A DNA stretch of 64,000 bases from Bacteroidales bacterium (lineage in GTDB: Bacteria; Bacteroidota; Bacteroidia; Bacteroidales; JAGONC01), in NCBI GenBank assembly GCA_035342335.1, contig DAOQWY010000015.1, forward strand, positions 6,971-70,970, given 5' to 3'. The notes under the pieces are model-generated. The model did no database searches. It worked only from the letters and a program-made list of their open reading frames with translations, and was not told where the DNA came from. This document shows, piece after piece, positions 46,020 to 56,117 of this stretch. How positions within the stretch are numbered: the first letter of the stretch is position 1; each line of letters starts with the position of its first letter. A program made the position numbers and the translations under genes.

Positions 46020-48079
46020 CAGATCAAAATAAAAATAATACACCACCCCCGCCTGCACACAAGCAAAAAACCAGTAAGCCCAAGTTTAACTTCTACTGGA
46101 TTTATGCCTTTTTGGCCCTCGTATTTTTTGGAACCTATTTTTTGAATTTTAATGCTGAAACAAAGCAGATCAGCAATTGGGGTGAATTCACGAAGATGCT
46201 TCAAAACGGTGACGTGGAGCGGATCATCCTGGTCAATAAGGATTACGCTGAAGTGTATATTAAAAAGGACAGCCTTTCGAAGGAAATTCACAAAGACATC
46301 AAGGTTTCGAATTTCAGAAGAAGTACAGCCCATTATCGCATCACGATCGGTTCGGTGGATACGTTTACCAATGATGTCAGGACAGCCCAGGAAGGAATGG
46401 AGAATCAGGTGTTTGTGGAATATCAGAACCGGCGCAACTGGGGCGGTGATATCCTGAACTGGATGTTGTTGATTGGCTTCATAGCCATCGGCTGGATATT
46501 TCTTATGCGCATGATGAGCCGCGGTGCCGGCGGCGGACAGATCTTTAACATTGGAAAGTCGAAGGCAAAGTTGTTTGACCGTGATACCACCGTCACCGTC
46601 ACGTTCAAAGACGTGGCAGGCCTGGAGGAAGCCAAGATCGAGGTCATTGAGATCGTTGATTTTCTGAAGAATCCGAAGAAATACACCGAGCTGGGAGGCA
46701 AGATTCCCAAGGGTGCCCTGCTGGTCGGTCCTCCCGGTACGGGAAAGACGTTGCTTGCCAAAGCAGTGGCCGGTGAGGCGCAGGTGCCTTTCTTTTCCAT
46801 CTCGGGCTCCGATTTCGTGGAAATGTTTGTCGGGGTAGGTGCCTCCCGGGTGCGTGACCTGTTCAAGCAGGCCAAGGAGAAAGCTCCCTGCATCATCTTC
46901 ATCGATGAGATCGATGCGATCGGCCGTGCCAGGGGACGCAATCCCCTCACGGGCGCCAATGACGAGAGGGAAAATACGCTGAATCAGTTGCTGACGGAAA
47001 TGGACGGATTCGACACCAATACCGGGGTGATCATTCTTGCCGCCACTAACCGGGCCGACATACTGGACCGTGCCCTGCTCCGTGCCGGACGTTTTGACCG
47101 CCAGATCATGGTCGAACTGCCTGACCTTAAGGAACGTGAAGAGATCTTCAACGTGCACATGAAACCGCTCAAGGTCGACAATACGGCCAAAGTGGAGTTT
47201 CTGGCCAGGCAAACACCGGGCTTTTCCGGCGCCGATATTGCCAACGTCTGCAACGAATCAGCCCTGATTGCAGCCCGCAAGGGCAACAAGGTGATCACAC
47301 GGCAGGACTTTATTGATGCCATCGACCGGATTGTGGGAGGCCTCGAAAAAAGGAACAAGATCATTTCCCCTGATGAAAAACGAGTCATTGCCTTCCATGA
47401 GGCGGGTCACGCTGCGATAAGCTGGCTGCTTGAACATGCTCACCCCCTTGTGAAGGTCACCATCATCCCCCGCGGTAAATCCCTCGGCGCAGCCTGGTAC
47501 CTTCCCGACGAGCGTCAGATCACGACCACCGACCAGATGTTCGATGAAATGACGGCGACACTGGGTGGAAGAGCCTCCGAACAGGTCAACTTCGGAAAGG
47601 TCTCCACGGGAGCCCTCAACGACCTGGAACGAATTACCAAACAGGCCTATAACATGATCGTCTTTTTCGGCCTGAACGATAAGATCGGGAATATATCCTA
47701 TTATGACTCCACCGGCCAGCAGGAATATTCTTTTCATAAACCCTACAGCGAAAAAACAGCGGAGCTGATCGACCAGGAGGTCAAAAAACTGGTCGAGAAA
47801 GCCTACAGCCGGGCAGTGAACCTGATCGAAAAGAACAAGGCAAAGGTTGAACAACTGGCCACCTTCCTTCTTGAAAAAGAGGTGATCTTTTCCGAAGACC
47901 TTGAAAGGATCTTTGGGAAAAGACCCTTCGCCAAACATACCCAGAGCATCGCCCCCGAAAATGGTTCAGCCGGTAACGGAACAGCCCCTGCTGAAGAGCA
48001 AACGCAGGACACCCCTGAAGAACCACCCGTGATGAGAGAATCCCGATCCGATGCGGCACCGGCAGGTCAACCATCTTAA
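46016..48079 (+). CDS. ftsH: ATP-dependent zinc metalloprotease FtsH
   Basis: The ATG at 46016 overlaps the rsfS stop as ATGA. Walker A GPPGTGKT, Walker [31 protein letters not shown] and zinc site HEAGHA. Confidence 0.95.
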   Translation: MTDQNKNNTPPPPAHKQKTSKPKFNFYWIYAFLALVFFGTYFLNFNAETKQISNWGEFTKMLQNGDVERIILVNKDYAEVYIKKDSLSKEIHKDIKVSNFRRSTAHYRITIGSVDTFTNDVRTAQEGMENQVFVEYQNRRNWGGDILNWMLLIGFIAIGWIFLMRMMSRGAGGGQIFNIGKSKAKLFDRDTTVTVTFKDVAGLEEAKIEVIEIVDFLKNPKKYTELGGKIPKGALLVGPPGTGKTLLAKAVAGEAQVPFFSISGSDFVEMFVGVGASRVRDLFKQAKEKAPCIIFIDEIDAIGRARGRNPLTGANDERENTLNQLLTEMDGFDTNTGVIILAATNRADILDRALLRAGRFDRQIMVELPDLKEREEIFNVHMKPLKVDNTAKVEFLARQTPGFSGADIANVCNESALIAARKGNKVITRQDFIDAIDRIVGGLEKRNKIISPDEKRVIAFHEAGHAAISWLLEHAHPLVKVTIIPRGKSLGAAWYLPDERQITTTDQMFDEMTATLGGRASEQVNFGKVSTGALNDLERITKQAYNMIVFFGLNDKIGNISYYDSTGQQEYSFHKPYSEKTAELIDQEVKKLVEKAYSRAVNLIEKNKAKVEQLATFLLEKEVIFSEDLERIFGKRPFAKHTQSIAPENGSAGNGTAPAEEQTQDTPEEPPVMRESRSDAAPAGQPS

Positions 48080-48099
48080 TCAACGCCTGCTGCAATGCT

Positions 48100-48747
48100 A
48101 TGGAAGAAAGTACGTCAAAGGAAAAGGTCCTGAAAAAAATCCGAAATGCATTGCTGTCCGGGACTGAAGTTCCTTACCCGGGCACGGATGCCGAACTACC
48201 GCTTTTCCACAAGCCCGGCGAATCTCTGGACGTGGTTTTTGCCCAGGCGTTTACAAGGGCAGGGGGGATGTTTGTCTTCTGTGAAAATGAAAAGGAACTG
48301 GTTTCAAGCCTTCAGGTTATTCTGGAAGATCTTCCGGATGGGGACCTTTTTTGCCAGGAACAAACCATTGGAGCGTATCTGGTGAAGGCAGGCATACCTT
48401 TTTGTTCCGGATCACGGGACCTTGAGGCAAGTAAGGTCAGCGTAACCGGCTGTGAAGCCCTGGTGGCCCATCCGGGCAGTATCGTTGTTTCATCGGCACA
48501 GACCGAAGGAAGGAAAATCTGTATTTTCCCGGATTCCCAAATTGTCATCGGTTTCTCTTCGCAGCTGACCCGGGATCTCCAGCAGGCATTATCGTACCTC
48601 AATCGAAAATATGAACCCGACTATCCCTCATTGATTTCGGTGATCACAGGTCCCAGCCGTACGGCCGACATTGAAAAAACACTCGTCATGGGAGCACACG
48701 GCCCCAGGAATCTGTACCTTTTTTACGTCGACCGTACGGAAAATTGA
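48100..48747 (+). CDS. LUD-domain protein (LutC/YkgG-like)
   Basis: 215 aa. The N-terminus KEKVLKKIRNAL and the overall layout resemble LutC-family proteins. Confidence 0.6.
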   Translation: MEESTSKEKVLKKIRNALLSGTEVPYPGTDAELPLFHKPGESLDVVFAQAFTRAGGMFVFCENEKELVSSLQVILEDLPDGDLFCQEQTIGAYLVKAGIPFCSGSRDLEASKVSVTGCEALVAHPGSIVVSSAQTEGRKICIFPDSQIVIGFSSQLTRDLQQALSYLNRKYEPDYPSLISVITGPSRTADIEKTLVMGAHGPRNLYLFYVDRTEN

Positions 48748-48826
48748 CCATTGCTTAAAATAGTGATATCTTTACAGGCAATTGGGAGTGGATGTCTGAA
48801 ACATAGCATCGGGTACTTTTTCACAA

Positions 48827-49030
48827 ATGGATAATTGGACGATTATTTACAGCTCGAATCAGCTTTACAAGGCAGAACTGATGAAACAACTCCTGGCTGA
48901 AAGCGACATTCAGGCCATTGTGGTCAATAAGAAGGATTCTGCCTATCTGATCGGTGAAGTTGAACTGTATGTCAATGTGGAAGACGCATTTCAGGCACGT
49001 CAGATCATAATCAGAAGTGAAGGTGAATAA
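48827..49030 (+). CDS. DUF2007-like small protein
   Basis: 67 aa. The pattern WTIIYSSNQLYKAELMKQLLAESDIQAIVVNKKDS...VELYVNVEDAFQARQII matches the putative signal-transducing DUF2007 fold. Confidence 0.5.
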   Translation: MDNWTIIYSSNQLYKAELMKQLLAESDIQAIVVNKKDSAYLIGEVELYVNVEDAFQARQIIIRSEGE

Positions 49031-49844
49031 TTTTACGCAGAGAACACTCACCGGAGCACTGTTCGTCATCATCGTGGTTGGAGCCATCGTTCTCCATCCT
49101 TTTGTTTTTGGCGTGCTTTTCCTGGTGGTTACCATCCTTGGATTGACGGAATTCTACCGCCTCATTCGTGCGGGCGGTCATCAACCCGGCCTGGTCAGCG
49201 GGCTTGCCGGCAGCATCCTCCTTTACGGTCTTGTTTTTTTTGTGGCCAACGGTTTTCTTTCGGCCAAAATGCTCAGCGTATTATGGCTGATCATACCCCT
49301 GGTGGCCATTACGGAATTGTTTTCGGGCAATGCCAGGCCCTTTGCCAACATTGGATCCACTTTACTGGGTGTGATCTATGTTGCAGTGCCTTTTTCAGTG
49401 CTCAACTGCCTTTATGGTCCGTGGAGGGAGCCTCGTGAACCTGCTTATGCGTTCCTGTTGGGGTACTTCGTCATTTTATGGTTGAATGATACCGGTGCCT
49501 ACCTGACCGGCAAATCAGCCGGCAAGCATTTGCTTTTCCGGCGCATATCACCCAAAAAGACCTGGGAAGGCATTGCAGGCGGACTGGCCGCCGGAATGCT
49601 GACTGCGTGGGTTCTGTCCCGTTTTTTCAAGCAGCTTGCACCGGGTGAATGGCTCATCCTGGCCGTGTTGGTCATTATGTTCAGTACGTTTGGCGATCTG
49701 GTCGAATCCATGCTGAAACGCAGCGTTGATGTAAAGGATTCCGGGACCCTGTTGCCCGGACATGGTGGCATTCTCGACCGTTTTGACGGTGTTTTGCTTT
49801 CCGCTCCGGCCGTTTATCTGTATGTATACCTTGTGCTCAATTAA
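49017..49844 (+). CDS. cdsA: phosphatidate cytidylyltransferase
   Basis: GTG start at 49017. Signature SPKKTWEGIAGG...GDLVESMLKRSVDVKDSGTLLPGHGGILDRFD. Confidence 0.85.
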   Translation: MKVNNFTQRTLTGALFVIIVVGAIVLHPFVFGVLFLVVTILGLTEFYRLIRAGGHQPGLVSGLAGSILLYGLVFFVANGFLSAKMLSVLWLIIPLVAITELFSGNARPFANIGSTLLGVIYVAVPFSVLNCLYGPWREPREPAYAFLLGYFVILWLNDTGAYLTGKSAGKHLLFRRISPKKTWEGIAGGLAAGMLTAWVLSRFFKQLAPGEWLILAVLVIMFSTFGDLVESMLKRSVDVKDSGTLLPGHGGILDRFDGVLLSAPAVYLYVYLVLN

Positions 49845-49850
49845 AAGGAT

Positions 49851-50573
49851 ATGAGAATTCATCAAGAGGGATATCGTGTCATCGTCCAGTTATCGGTTGC
49901 AGTTGGCCTGGTCATCCTCCTGCTCAATGTCTTTTTCCCTCACCAGACCATCATTCACTGGCTGCTGTATGCTGCCGGCATCGTTTTTATGGCCCTGGTT
50001 GTCTATTTTTTCCGGCGGCCTCCCGGGAAAGGAGTGGACAATGATCCGGCAGTGATTCTGAATCCAGCGGCCGGAAAAGTGATCATCGTCTCGGAGGTGT
50101 TGGAGGATGAGTATTTCCACGACCGGCGGATCCAGCTGTCGGTCTTTATGTCGCTGCTCGACATGCATGTCAATTTATACCCGGTCAGCGGCACGGTCAG
50201 CTATGTGCAGTATCATCCGGGAAAATTCCTTGTTGCCTATCATCCCAAAGCTTCCAGGCTTAACGAGCATAATTCCATTGTCATCACGACCTCTTCCGGG
50301 TTACAGGTACTGGTTCGTCAGATAGCCGGAGTTGTGGCCCGCAGGATCGTCAGCCTGGCAAAGACAGGGGATGAGGTGATGGCAGGGCAGGAGATAGGTA
50401 TCATCAAGTTCGGATCAAGGGTGGATCTGTTTCTTCCCCTGGGATCCACGGTCAAGGTAAAGGTCGGGGATCACGTCAGATGCGGGGAAACGATTCTTGC
50501 TCTCCTTCCGGTTGCTCAGAGAATTGAGCCCAGCTCTGAGAAGGAAAACACCTCAAAGGTCACCGGTCCCTGA
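49851..50573 (+). CDS. psd: phosphatidylserine decarboxylase family proenzyme
   Basis: 240 aa. N-terminal TM segments and the FGSRVD self-cleavage (GS) motif near the C-terminus. Confidence 0.8.
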   Translation: MRIHQEGYRVIVQLSVAVGLVILLLNVFFPHQTIIHWLLYAAGIVFMALVVYFFRRPPGKGVDNDPAVILNPAAGKVIIVSEVLEDEYFHDRRIQLSVFMSLLDMHVNLYPVSGTVSYVQYHPGKFLVAYHPKASRLNEHNSIVITTSSGLQVLVRQIAGVVARRIVSLAKTGDEVMAGQEIGIIKFGSRVDLFLPLGSTVKVKVGDHVRCGETILALLPVAQRIEPSSEKENTSKVTGP

Positions 50574-51208
50574 TGGGGTATCCGGTTATAATTCACAAAT
50601 ACCTGGTCCATTCCTGCCTCTCTGGCACCTTGAATATCCACCGTGAGATCATCGCCGATCATCAGGCTTTCGGTCAGCAGGGCGCCCGTCCTTTTGATGG
50701 CGTAAAGGAAAATGGCGGGATCGGGTTTTTTGCATCCGGCTTCTTCGCTTGTGATCACATCCTCAAAAAAAGGACGGAGGTTGTTGATATGTAGTTTTTT
50801 ATGCTGCACCTCCTCAAATCCGTTGGTGATGATGTACAGCCGGTATTTCCTTTTCAGATAGGTCAGCGTGCTTTCCACCCCGGGAAAGAGTGTGTTTTTC
50901 AGAGGGCTTTCCGTCACATAGTACGATGCAATGGCTTCAGCCAGTACAGGATCAGTCACGCCAAATTTCTTCAGTGCCCTGTTGAACCGCTCGACGCTCA
51001 GGGTCTCCTTCCGGATCCCGCCGTTTCGGTATAAGTCCCAGAGCTCAAGATTTATCCAGGTATAGTTTTCAATGAATGACTCCAGATCCGTTATTCCTTT
51101 TTCTGCCAGATGAAAATGCTGATGGATCTCCTCAAAGGTCAGGCGCGAACTTGCATCAAAGTCATAGATCGTTTTATCCAGGTCGAAGAATAAATGGCGG
51201 TACCCCAT
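50516..51208 (-). CDS. HAD-superfamily hydrolase (YjjG-like nucleotidase subfamily)
   Basis: ATG at 51208 (MGYRHLFFDLDKTIYDF, containing DxDxT motif I). ITNG is motif II and KKPD...GDDLTVDIQGA are motifs III/IV. Confidence 0.75.
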   Translation of the reverse strand: MGYRHLFFDLDKTIYDFDASSRLTFEEIHQHFHLAEKGITDLESFIENYTWINLELWDLYRNGGIRKETLSVERFNRALKKFGVTDPVLAEAIASYYVTESPLKNTLFPGVESTLTYLKRKYRLYIITNGFEEVQHKKLHINNLRPFFEDVITSEEAGCKKPDPAIFLYAIKRTGALLTESLMIGDDLTVDIQGAREAGMDQVFVNYNRIPHQGPVTFEVFSFSELGSIL

Positions 51209-51346
51209 GGTAAAAAAGCAAAAAGCAAAAATCAATAATAAATGAACATAAAAAATTTTTTTGAAAATTTGTTTTCAATTGAAAAATGTTGTATCATTGC
51301 AATATTATTTTAATATCAAAATAGTATTAACATCAATTCTACTGAA

Positions 51347-52201
51347 ATGGAAAGAGAAAAATCGTATTCCCCAATGTCGGGTTATGTCGGGCTGGTCATT
51401 GCGCTCTTGCTGATCGGAGTGCCGGTTGCATTGCTGGTTCGCTACCAGATCTTATGGCTGATCGCCATTCTGGTCATCGGCGTGTTTTGCCTGGTCGGAT
51501 TGATGGTGGTCAATCCCAACGAATCCTCTGTTCTTGTGCTTTTCGGCAAGTATGTCGGCACCGTGAAGAAGAATGGTTTCTTTTGGGTGAATCCTTTCTT
51601 TGCACGGAAAAAGATTTCATTAAGGGCAAGAAACCTGAACAGTGAGCCGATCAAAGTGAACGACAAGATCGGTAATCCGATCATGATCGGGATCGTGCTG
51701 GTCTGGAAAGTGGAGGATACCTTCAAGGCAGCTTTCGGTGTGGATGATTATTCTCATTTTGTGGACATCCAGAGCGAGGCAGCCATCCGGAAACTGGCCG
51801 GTCATTATCCGTACGACAATTTTGATGATGAGCAGGCAGACATTACCTTGCGGTCGGGCGGTGAGGATGTGAACGCTGCGCTGGAGCGGGAGCTGCAGGA
51901 AAGGCTGGAACTGGCCGGCATAAGCGTAATGGAAGCACGCATCAGTTACCTTGCCTATGCATCCGAGATTGCGGGGGCGATGCTGCGCCGGCAGCAGGCA
52001 ACAGCCATTGTGGCAGCCAGGCAGAAAATCGTGGAAGGCGCCGTCAGCATGGTCGAAATGGCTCTTGCCCAGCTATCCAAAAAAGAGATCATTGTCCTGG
52101 ATCAAGACCAGAAAGCCGCTATGGTCAGCAACCTGATGGTGGTGCTTTGTGCCGACAAGGATACCACTCCTGTTGTCAATGCCGGGACCATCCATCAATA
52201 G
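51347..52201 (+). CDS. SPFH/band-7 domain membrane protein
   Basis: Two N-terminal TM segments followed by an SPFH core ([23 protein letters not shown]...[11 protein letters not shown]...[20 protein letters not shown]). Confidence 0.8.
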   Translation: MEREKSYSPMSGYVGLVIALLLIGVPVALLVRYQILWLIAILVIGVFCLVGLMVVNPNESSVLVLFGKYVGTVKKNGFFWVNPFFARKKISLRARNLNSEPIKVNDKIGNPIMIGIVLVWKVEDTFKAAFGVDDYSHFVDIQSEAAIRKLAGHYPYDNFDDEQADITLRSGGEDVNAALERELQERLELAGISVMEARISYLAYASEIAGAMLRRQQATAIVAARQKIVEGAVSMVEMALAQLSKKEIIVLDQDQKAAMVSNLMVVLCADKDTTPVVNAGTIHQ

Positions 52202-52209
52202 GTTGTTCC

Positions 52210-52395
52210 ATGGCTGAGAAGAAAGCATTTGTGGTGCGATTGAAACCGGAGGTACTGAAAGCCGTTGAGATATGGGCTGCGGATGAATTCAGAAGTACCA
52301 ACGGACAGCTGGAGTTCATCATCAGCCAGGCACTTAAGAAGGCGAGGCGGTATCCCAGGAAGAGCGATCATGGTCATTCAAACCATTTCCCCTGA
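52210..52395 (+). CDS. small Arc/MetJ-like ribbon-helix-helix protein (tentative)
   Basis: ATG at 52210, 61 aa. KKAFVVRLKPEVLKAVEIWAADEFRSTNGQLEFIISQALKK has a beta-strand plus two-helix pattern like Arc-type DNA-binding proteins. Confidence 0.4.
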   Translation: MAEKKAFVVRLKPEVLKAVEIWAADEFRSTNGQLEFIISQALKKARRYPRKSDHGHSNHFP

Positions 52396-53336
52396 AAGGT
52401 ATCCCTTTCTTCCATCCTGTCTTCTATTCTGCGCAGCACCTGGTCGTAGCGGATTCGCCCCCAGCCCTGGCCGGCCAGGAAGCGGGGAGGAGCTTCGCTG
52501 GCAAAGCGCTCGATCCTGATCGAGGGGGACAATTTTTCGGTAAAGTCAATCACAAATTCGATATACTCCTCAAGCCCAAATAACCTGAAACTTGCCGGAT
52601 CGTCCTCAAGTGCTTTTGCCAGGGGTGTGTTCCGAAAGATCTGCAGCTGGTGGAACTTGATCATCTGAAGCGGAAGCCGGGATACGATCGCTGCCTCCTC
52701 CAGCATCATTTCTCTGGTCTCACCGGGTAATCCCAGGATGAGGTGACCGCCGGCGGATAGTCCAGCCGCATTCGTTTCTTGGATGGCTTCAACCGTCTGC
52801 AGGAACGTATGTCCGCGGTTGATACGGAGCAGGGTTTCATCGTAACAGGATTCGATGCCAAACTCGACCATCACATAGTGATGTTCAGCGATTTCCCTGA
52901 GAAGGGCCAGTTTTTCGTCGTCCACGCAGTCAGGCCGGGTGCCGATGACCAGTCCTGCCACCTGTGGAAAAGCAAGGGCTTCGTTGTACAGCGTTCTCAA
53001 GTGGCTGACCGGTGCGTAGGTGTTGGAGTAGGGTTGAAAATAGGCAAGAAAATGGTTGGCCCTTCGGTAGCGGCTGGCGTGAAAGTCAATCCCTTCTCTG
53101 ATCTGCTGGGTGATCGTTTTTGCCGGATCACAATAGGAGGGATTGAACGCATCGTTGTCACAATAGGTACAACCTCCCCAGGCAAGGGTGCCGTCCCGGT
53201 TCGGACAGGTAAAACCGGCATCGATGCTGAGTTTCTGAACGCGCCCGCCAAAAAGTCTCTTCAGATGTTCAGTGAAGGAGTTGAACCTTCGCTGGTGCCC
53301 CCAGGGATAGGTCAAATCCCGGAGTGTTGAGTGCAT
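52374..53336 (-). CDS. TIGR01212-family radical SAM protein (YhcC-like)
   Basis: VQKLSIDAGFTCPNRDGTLAWGGCTYCDN is the characteristic cysteine cluster of this family. 320 aa. Confidence 0.8.
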   Translation of the reverse strand: MHSTLRDLTYPWGHQRRFNSFTEHLKRLFGGRVQKLSIDAGFTCPNRDGTLAWGGCTYCDNDAFNPSYCDPAKTITQQIREGIDFHASRYRRANHFLAYFQPYSNTYAPVSHLRTLYNEALAFPQVAGLVIGTRPDCVDDEKLALLREIAEHHYVMVEFGIESCYDETLLRINRGHTFLQTVEAIQETNAAGLSAGGHLILGLPGETREMMLEEAAIVSRLPLQMIKFHQLQIFRNTPLAKALEDDPASFRLFGLEEYIEFVIDFTEKLSPSIRIERFASEAPPRFLAGQGWGRIRYDQVLRRIEDRMEERDTFQGKWFE

Positions 53337-53357
53337 GATCCGTAGGAATGGTCTGTT

Positions 53358-55172
53358 CTATCTTGTCGCGTTCTCGAGTCGCTTCATGATCGAGAAGATG
53401 AATATGGCCGACAGCAGACAGCATACGATGAAAATGGTCCAAAGCTGCCACAGGTCCAGTTTTCCCCAGAAGTCACTTCCGATGAAGAGGAGCTTGTTCC
53501 CGACGGCAGTGGCCAGAAGCCATCCTCCCTGCATCAGACCCTGAAAGCGCGATGGGGCAACCTTCGATACAAAGGATAAGCCCATCGGGCTGAGGAACAG
53601 CTCCGCAACGGTGAGGATAAGATAGCTGGAAATCAGCCAGTAAGGTGTGACCCGCGAACTGTCGGGAACGGGGTTGTATTTGATTTCTCCGGCTGCATTG
53701 GCATACTGCAGCTCGTGCGGTGACACCAGATTCAGGGATGCCAGGAAGATCACCACGAACCCAATGGAGGCGATGATCATTCCAATGCCTATTTTCTTGG
53801 GTGTGGAAGGTTCACGATCCTTTCGTCGCAACCAGGAGAAGACGGCCATCACAGGAAAAGTAAGTGATACAATGAAGAGCGGGTTGAACGATTGGAAAAC
53901 CTCAGGGGCTATCGGATTCGAAGCGTCGGCACGTGCTACAAAATAGTAGGTCAGCGCTCCCAGGGCCACGAACATGATACCACCGATGAGCCGGTTTACG
54001 CTCTTTTTGTTGAAGATCAGGATCAGACCGGCAATAGCACCGATGAAGGCGAGCATCGATTCCAGGTTGAAGAAAATGTTCGTAAAGGGTCCAACCTCCT
54101 TGACCGTATAATCACGTGCGAAGAAGGTCAGGGTCAATCCGTTCTGATGGAACGACATCCAGAAGAAAATGACCACGGCAAACACCAAAAGAAGCGATAC
54201 GATGCGGGGACGCTCCTCCCGGGTCGAAATCTGAACGATCAGGGCAACAAAGCCGATGAACAGGCCGATGGCCAGCCCCAGAGCGAGGTTGTTCAGCAGA
54301 AAATGGAAAATGACCGTGACCACAATCATCAATCCTGCTGCCAGAAAGATGCCGATGAGATTGCTCCGCAGCTTGACACTGCTGGTTTCAGTGCTGACAG
54401 TCTGCACCTTTTCCTTTTTGGGTAAATATTTGTTGAAAATGATGTACACCAGCAGCGAAATGACCATCGCCCCTGCAGCAATCCCAAAAGCGTAGTTGTA
54501 TCCTCTTGAAAAGGCATCAAGGTAACTGTGCGCAAAGGTGCCAAGATCAGCCACCGCCGTACCGGAAACCTTGTCGGCAAGGGTCTGGAACGTCACAGGA
54601 TCTTCAAGCGTGCCATTCAGATGGGCGTGACACAGGGCAGGCAGGCTGCCGTCGTGCAGGAACCCCTGGGTTCTGAGGAACCAGTTCCGGACGCCTGTGG
54701 CAACAAACGGTGCAAAAAATGCCCCGATATTGATCCCCATGTAAAAGATCATGAATGCCGAATCTCTGACTTTTGTGTATTTTGGATTATCGTACAGCTG
54801 ACCGACGACCGCCTGGAGATTTCCCTTGAACAACCCGTTGCCCAGTGCAATGGTGAACAGGCCTGTTATGGTCACACCCAGTGGATTTCCGGGGAATGAC
54901 ATGATGATGTACCCTGTGAACATGACAAGTATGCCCATCAGGATCACGAACTTGTATTTACGGGTGGCATCCGCAAGGATCCCACCAACAAGGGCCAGTG
55001 CATAAATGCCGAAATAGAACCAGCTATAATATTCGCCTGCCTGTGATTCGGAAAGCCCATATTTAGCCTGCAGGAACAGAACAAGGATTGCCATCATGGT
55101 GTAAAACCCGAAGCGCTCTCCCATGTTGGTGAAAAAGGCTACAACCAGCCCCCTGGGATGTTCTTTTAACAT
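53358..55172 (-). CDS. POT/PTR2-family proton-dependent oligopeptide transporter
   Basis: ORF 53358..55226, with an ATG at 55172 (MLKEHPRGLVVAFFTNMGERFGFY). The ExxERFxYY-type motif and GGILADATRKYKFVILMG are PTR2 signatures. Confidence 0.85.
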   Translation of the reverse strand: MLKEHPRGLVVAFFTNMGERFGFYTMMAILVLFLQAKYGLSESQAGEYYSWFYFGIYALALVGGILADATRKYKFVILMGILVMFTGYIIMSFPGNPLGVTITGLFTIALGNGLFKGNLQAVVGQLYDNPKYTKVRDSAFMIFYMGINIGAFFAPFVATGVRNWFLRTQGFLHDGSLPALCHAHLNGTLEDPVTFQTLADKVSGTAVADLGTFAHSYLDAFSRGYNYAFGIAAGAMVISLLVYIIFNKYLPKKEKVQTVSTETSSVKLRSNLIGIFLAAGLMIVVTVIFHFLLNNLALGLAIGLFIGFVALIVQISTREERPRIVSLLLVFAVVIFFWMSFHQNGLTLTFFARDYTVKEVGPFTNIFFNLESMLAFIGAIAGLILIFNKKSVNRLIGGIMFVALGALTYYFVARADASNPIAPEVFQSFNPLFIVSLTFPVMAVFSWLRRKDREPSTPKKIGIGMIIASIGFVVIFLASLNLVSPHELQYANAAGEIKYNPVPDSSRVTPYWLISSYLILTVAELFLSPMGLSFVSKVAPSRFQGLMQGGWLLATAVGNKLLFIGSDFWGKLDLWQLWTIFIVCCLLSAIFIFSIMKRLENATR

Positions 55173-55276
55173 AAATGATAGTTTTTGTGAATGAGGAAAA
55201 TAAAGTTGATCTTGATCAGCTGGCAAAAATAAGAAAAAATCGCAATCGACAAAACAGGTTTAGTTGAGCTTATTGT

Positions 55277-55540
55277 CGGTCAGCGGTAGCCAGTCGGCAG
55301 TGGCCGGTAGCCGATAGCCAGTAGCCAGTGGCCGGTAACCGGTAGCCGGTCGGCAGTAATAACCACGAATAACCATAAATAACGCGAGGCGCGGCAGGCG
55401 CCGAGCAAATGACCACGAATGACCACGAATGACCACGAATGACCACGAATAACCACGAATGACCACGAATGACCACGAATGACCACGAATGACCACGAAT
55501 GACCACAAATGACCACGAATGAACACGAATGACCACGAAT
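55277..55540. repeat. composite tandem-repeat element R2: 12 x 7-mer (CGGTAGC-like), two 10-mers, 30-bp core, 13 x 10-mer (GACCACGAAT)
   Basis: 7-mers at 55277-55360. aaccacgaat and aaccataaat at 55361-55380. Core aacgcgaggcgcggcaggcgccgagcaaat at 55381-55410. Thirteen 10-bp units at 55411-55540, of which ten are perfect. It is the reverse-complement counterpart of R1. Confidence 0.95.
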
Positions 55541-55604
55541 CCCCCGCACGAATTATTTTCCCCGCCTCTGTAATATTTTCCCCTTAAACCCGTCTTATTA
55601 CCGT

Positions 55605-56117
55605 ATGACCCCAAAGCAATTCAAGGACGAAGTATTTCCCCTGAAAGACAGGCTGTATCGTTTTGCATGCCGGATACTGGAAGATACGGAAGATGCAAGG
55701 GATATGGTTCAGGAAGTGCTTGTCAGGCTCTGGGATCAAAAGACAGATCTGCGCCAGGTCAGAAGCATCGAGGCATATGCCATGACCATGACCCGGAATG
55801 TCTGCATCGACTGGCTGCGGGCCAACGGAAGGATCCTGACGGATGCTCCGGAGATCGTAATGATCGATCCGGTGACTCCTTATGACATCACCGAGATCAG
55901 GGATACGGTGAAGCGCATCAACTGCCTGATCAATCATCTGCCTGATCAGCAGCGAATGATCATACACCTGCGCGACATTGAAGGGTACGACTTTGATGAG
56001 ATCGCCGCCATCCTCGGTCTTAACCTGAATGTGATCAGGGTGAACCTGTCAAGGGCACGAAAAAAAATCAAGGAACAACTTGCAAAAGCACACCAATATG
56101 AATTTCAACGAAATTGA
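55605..56117 (+). CDS. ECF-type RNA polymerase sigma-70 family factor
   Basis: 170 aa. Region 2 is DARDMVQEVLVRLWDQ...AYAMTMTRNVCIDWLR. Region 4 is LPDQQRMIIHLRDIEGYDFDEIAAILGLNLNVIRVNLSRARKKI. Confidence 0.85.
   Translation: MTPKQFKDEVFPLKDRLYRFACRILEDTEDARDMVQEVLVRLWDQKTDLRQVRSIEAYAMTMTRNVCIDWLRANGRILTDAPEIVMIDPVTPYDITEIRDTVKRINCLINHLPDQQRMIIHLRDIEGYDFDEIAAILGLNLNVIRVNLSRARKKIKEQLAKAHQYEFQRN

Noticed and set aside
45941-47212. A 423-aa minus-strand ORF inside rsfS/ftsH.
   Set aside because: It is antisense to FtsH, whose AAA and HEAGH motifs are unambiguous. No motifs of its own, so it is a shadow ORF.
55277-55540. The tandem arrays R1-R4 considered as CRISPR arrays.
   Set aside because: The units are 7-10 bp and directly abut one another with no spacers. 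No cas genes are present, and CRISPR repeats are 24-48 bp separated by unique spacers.
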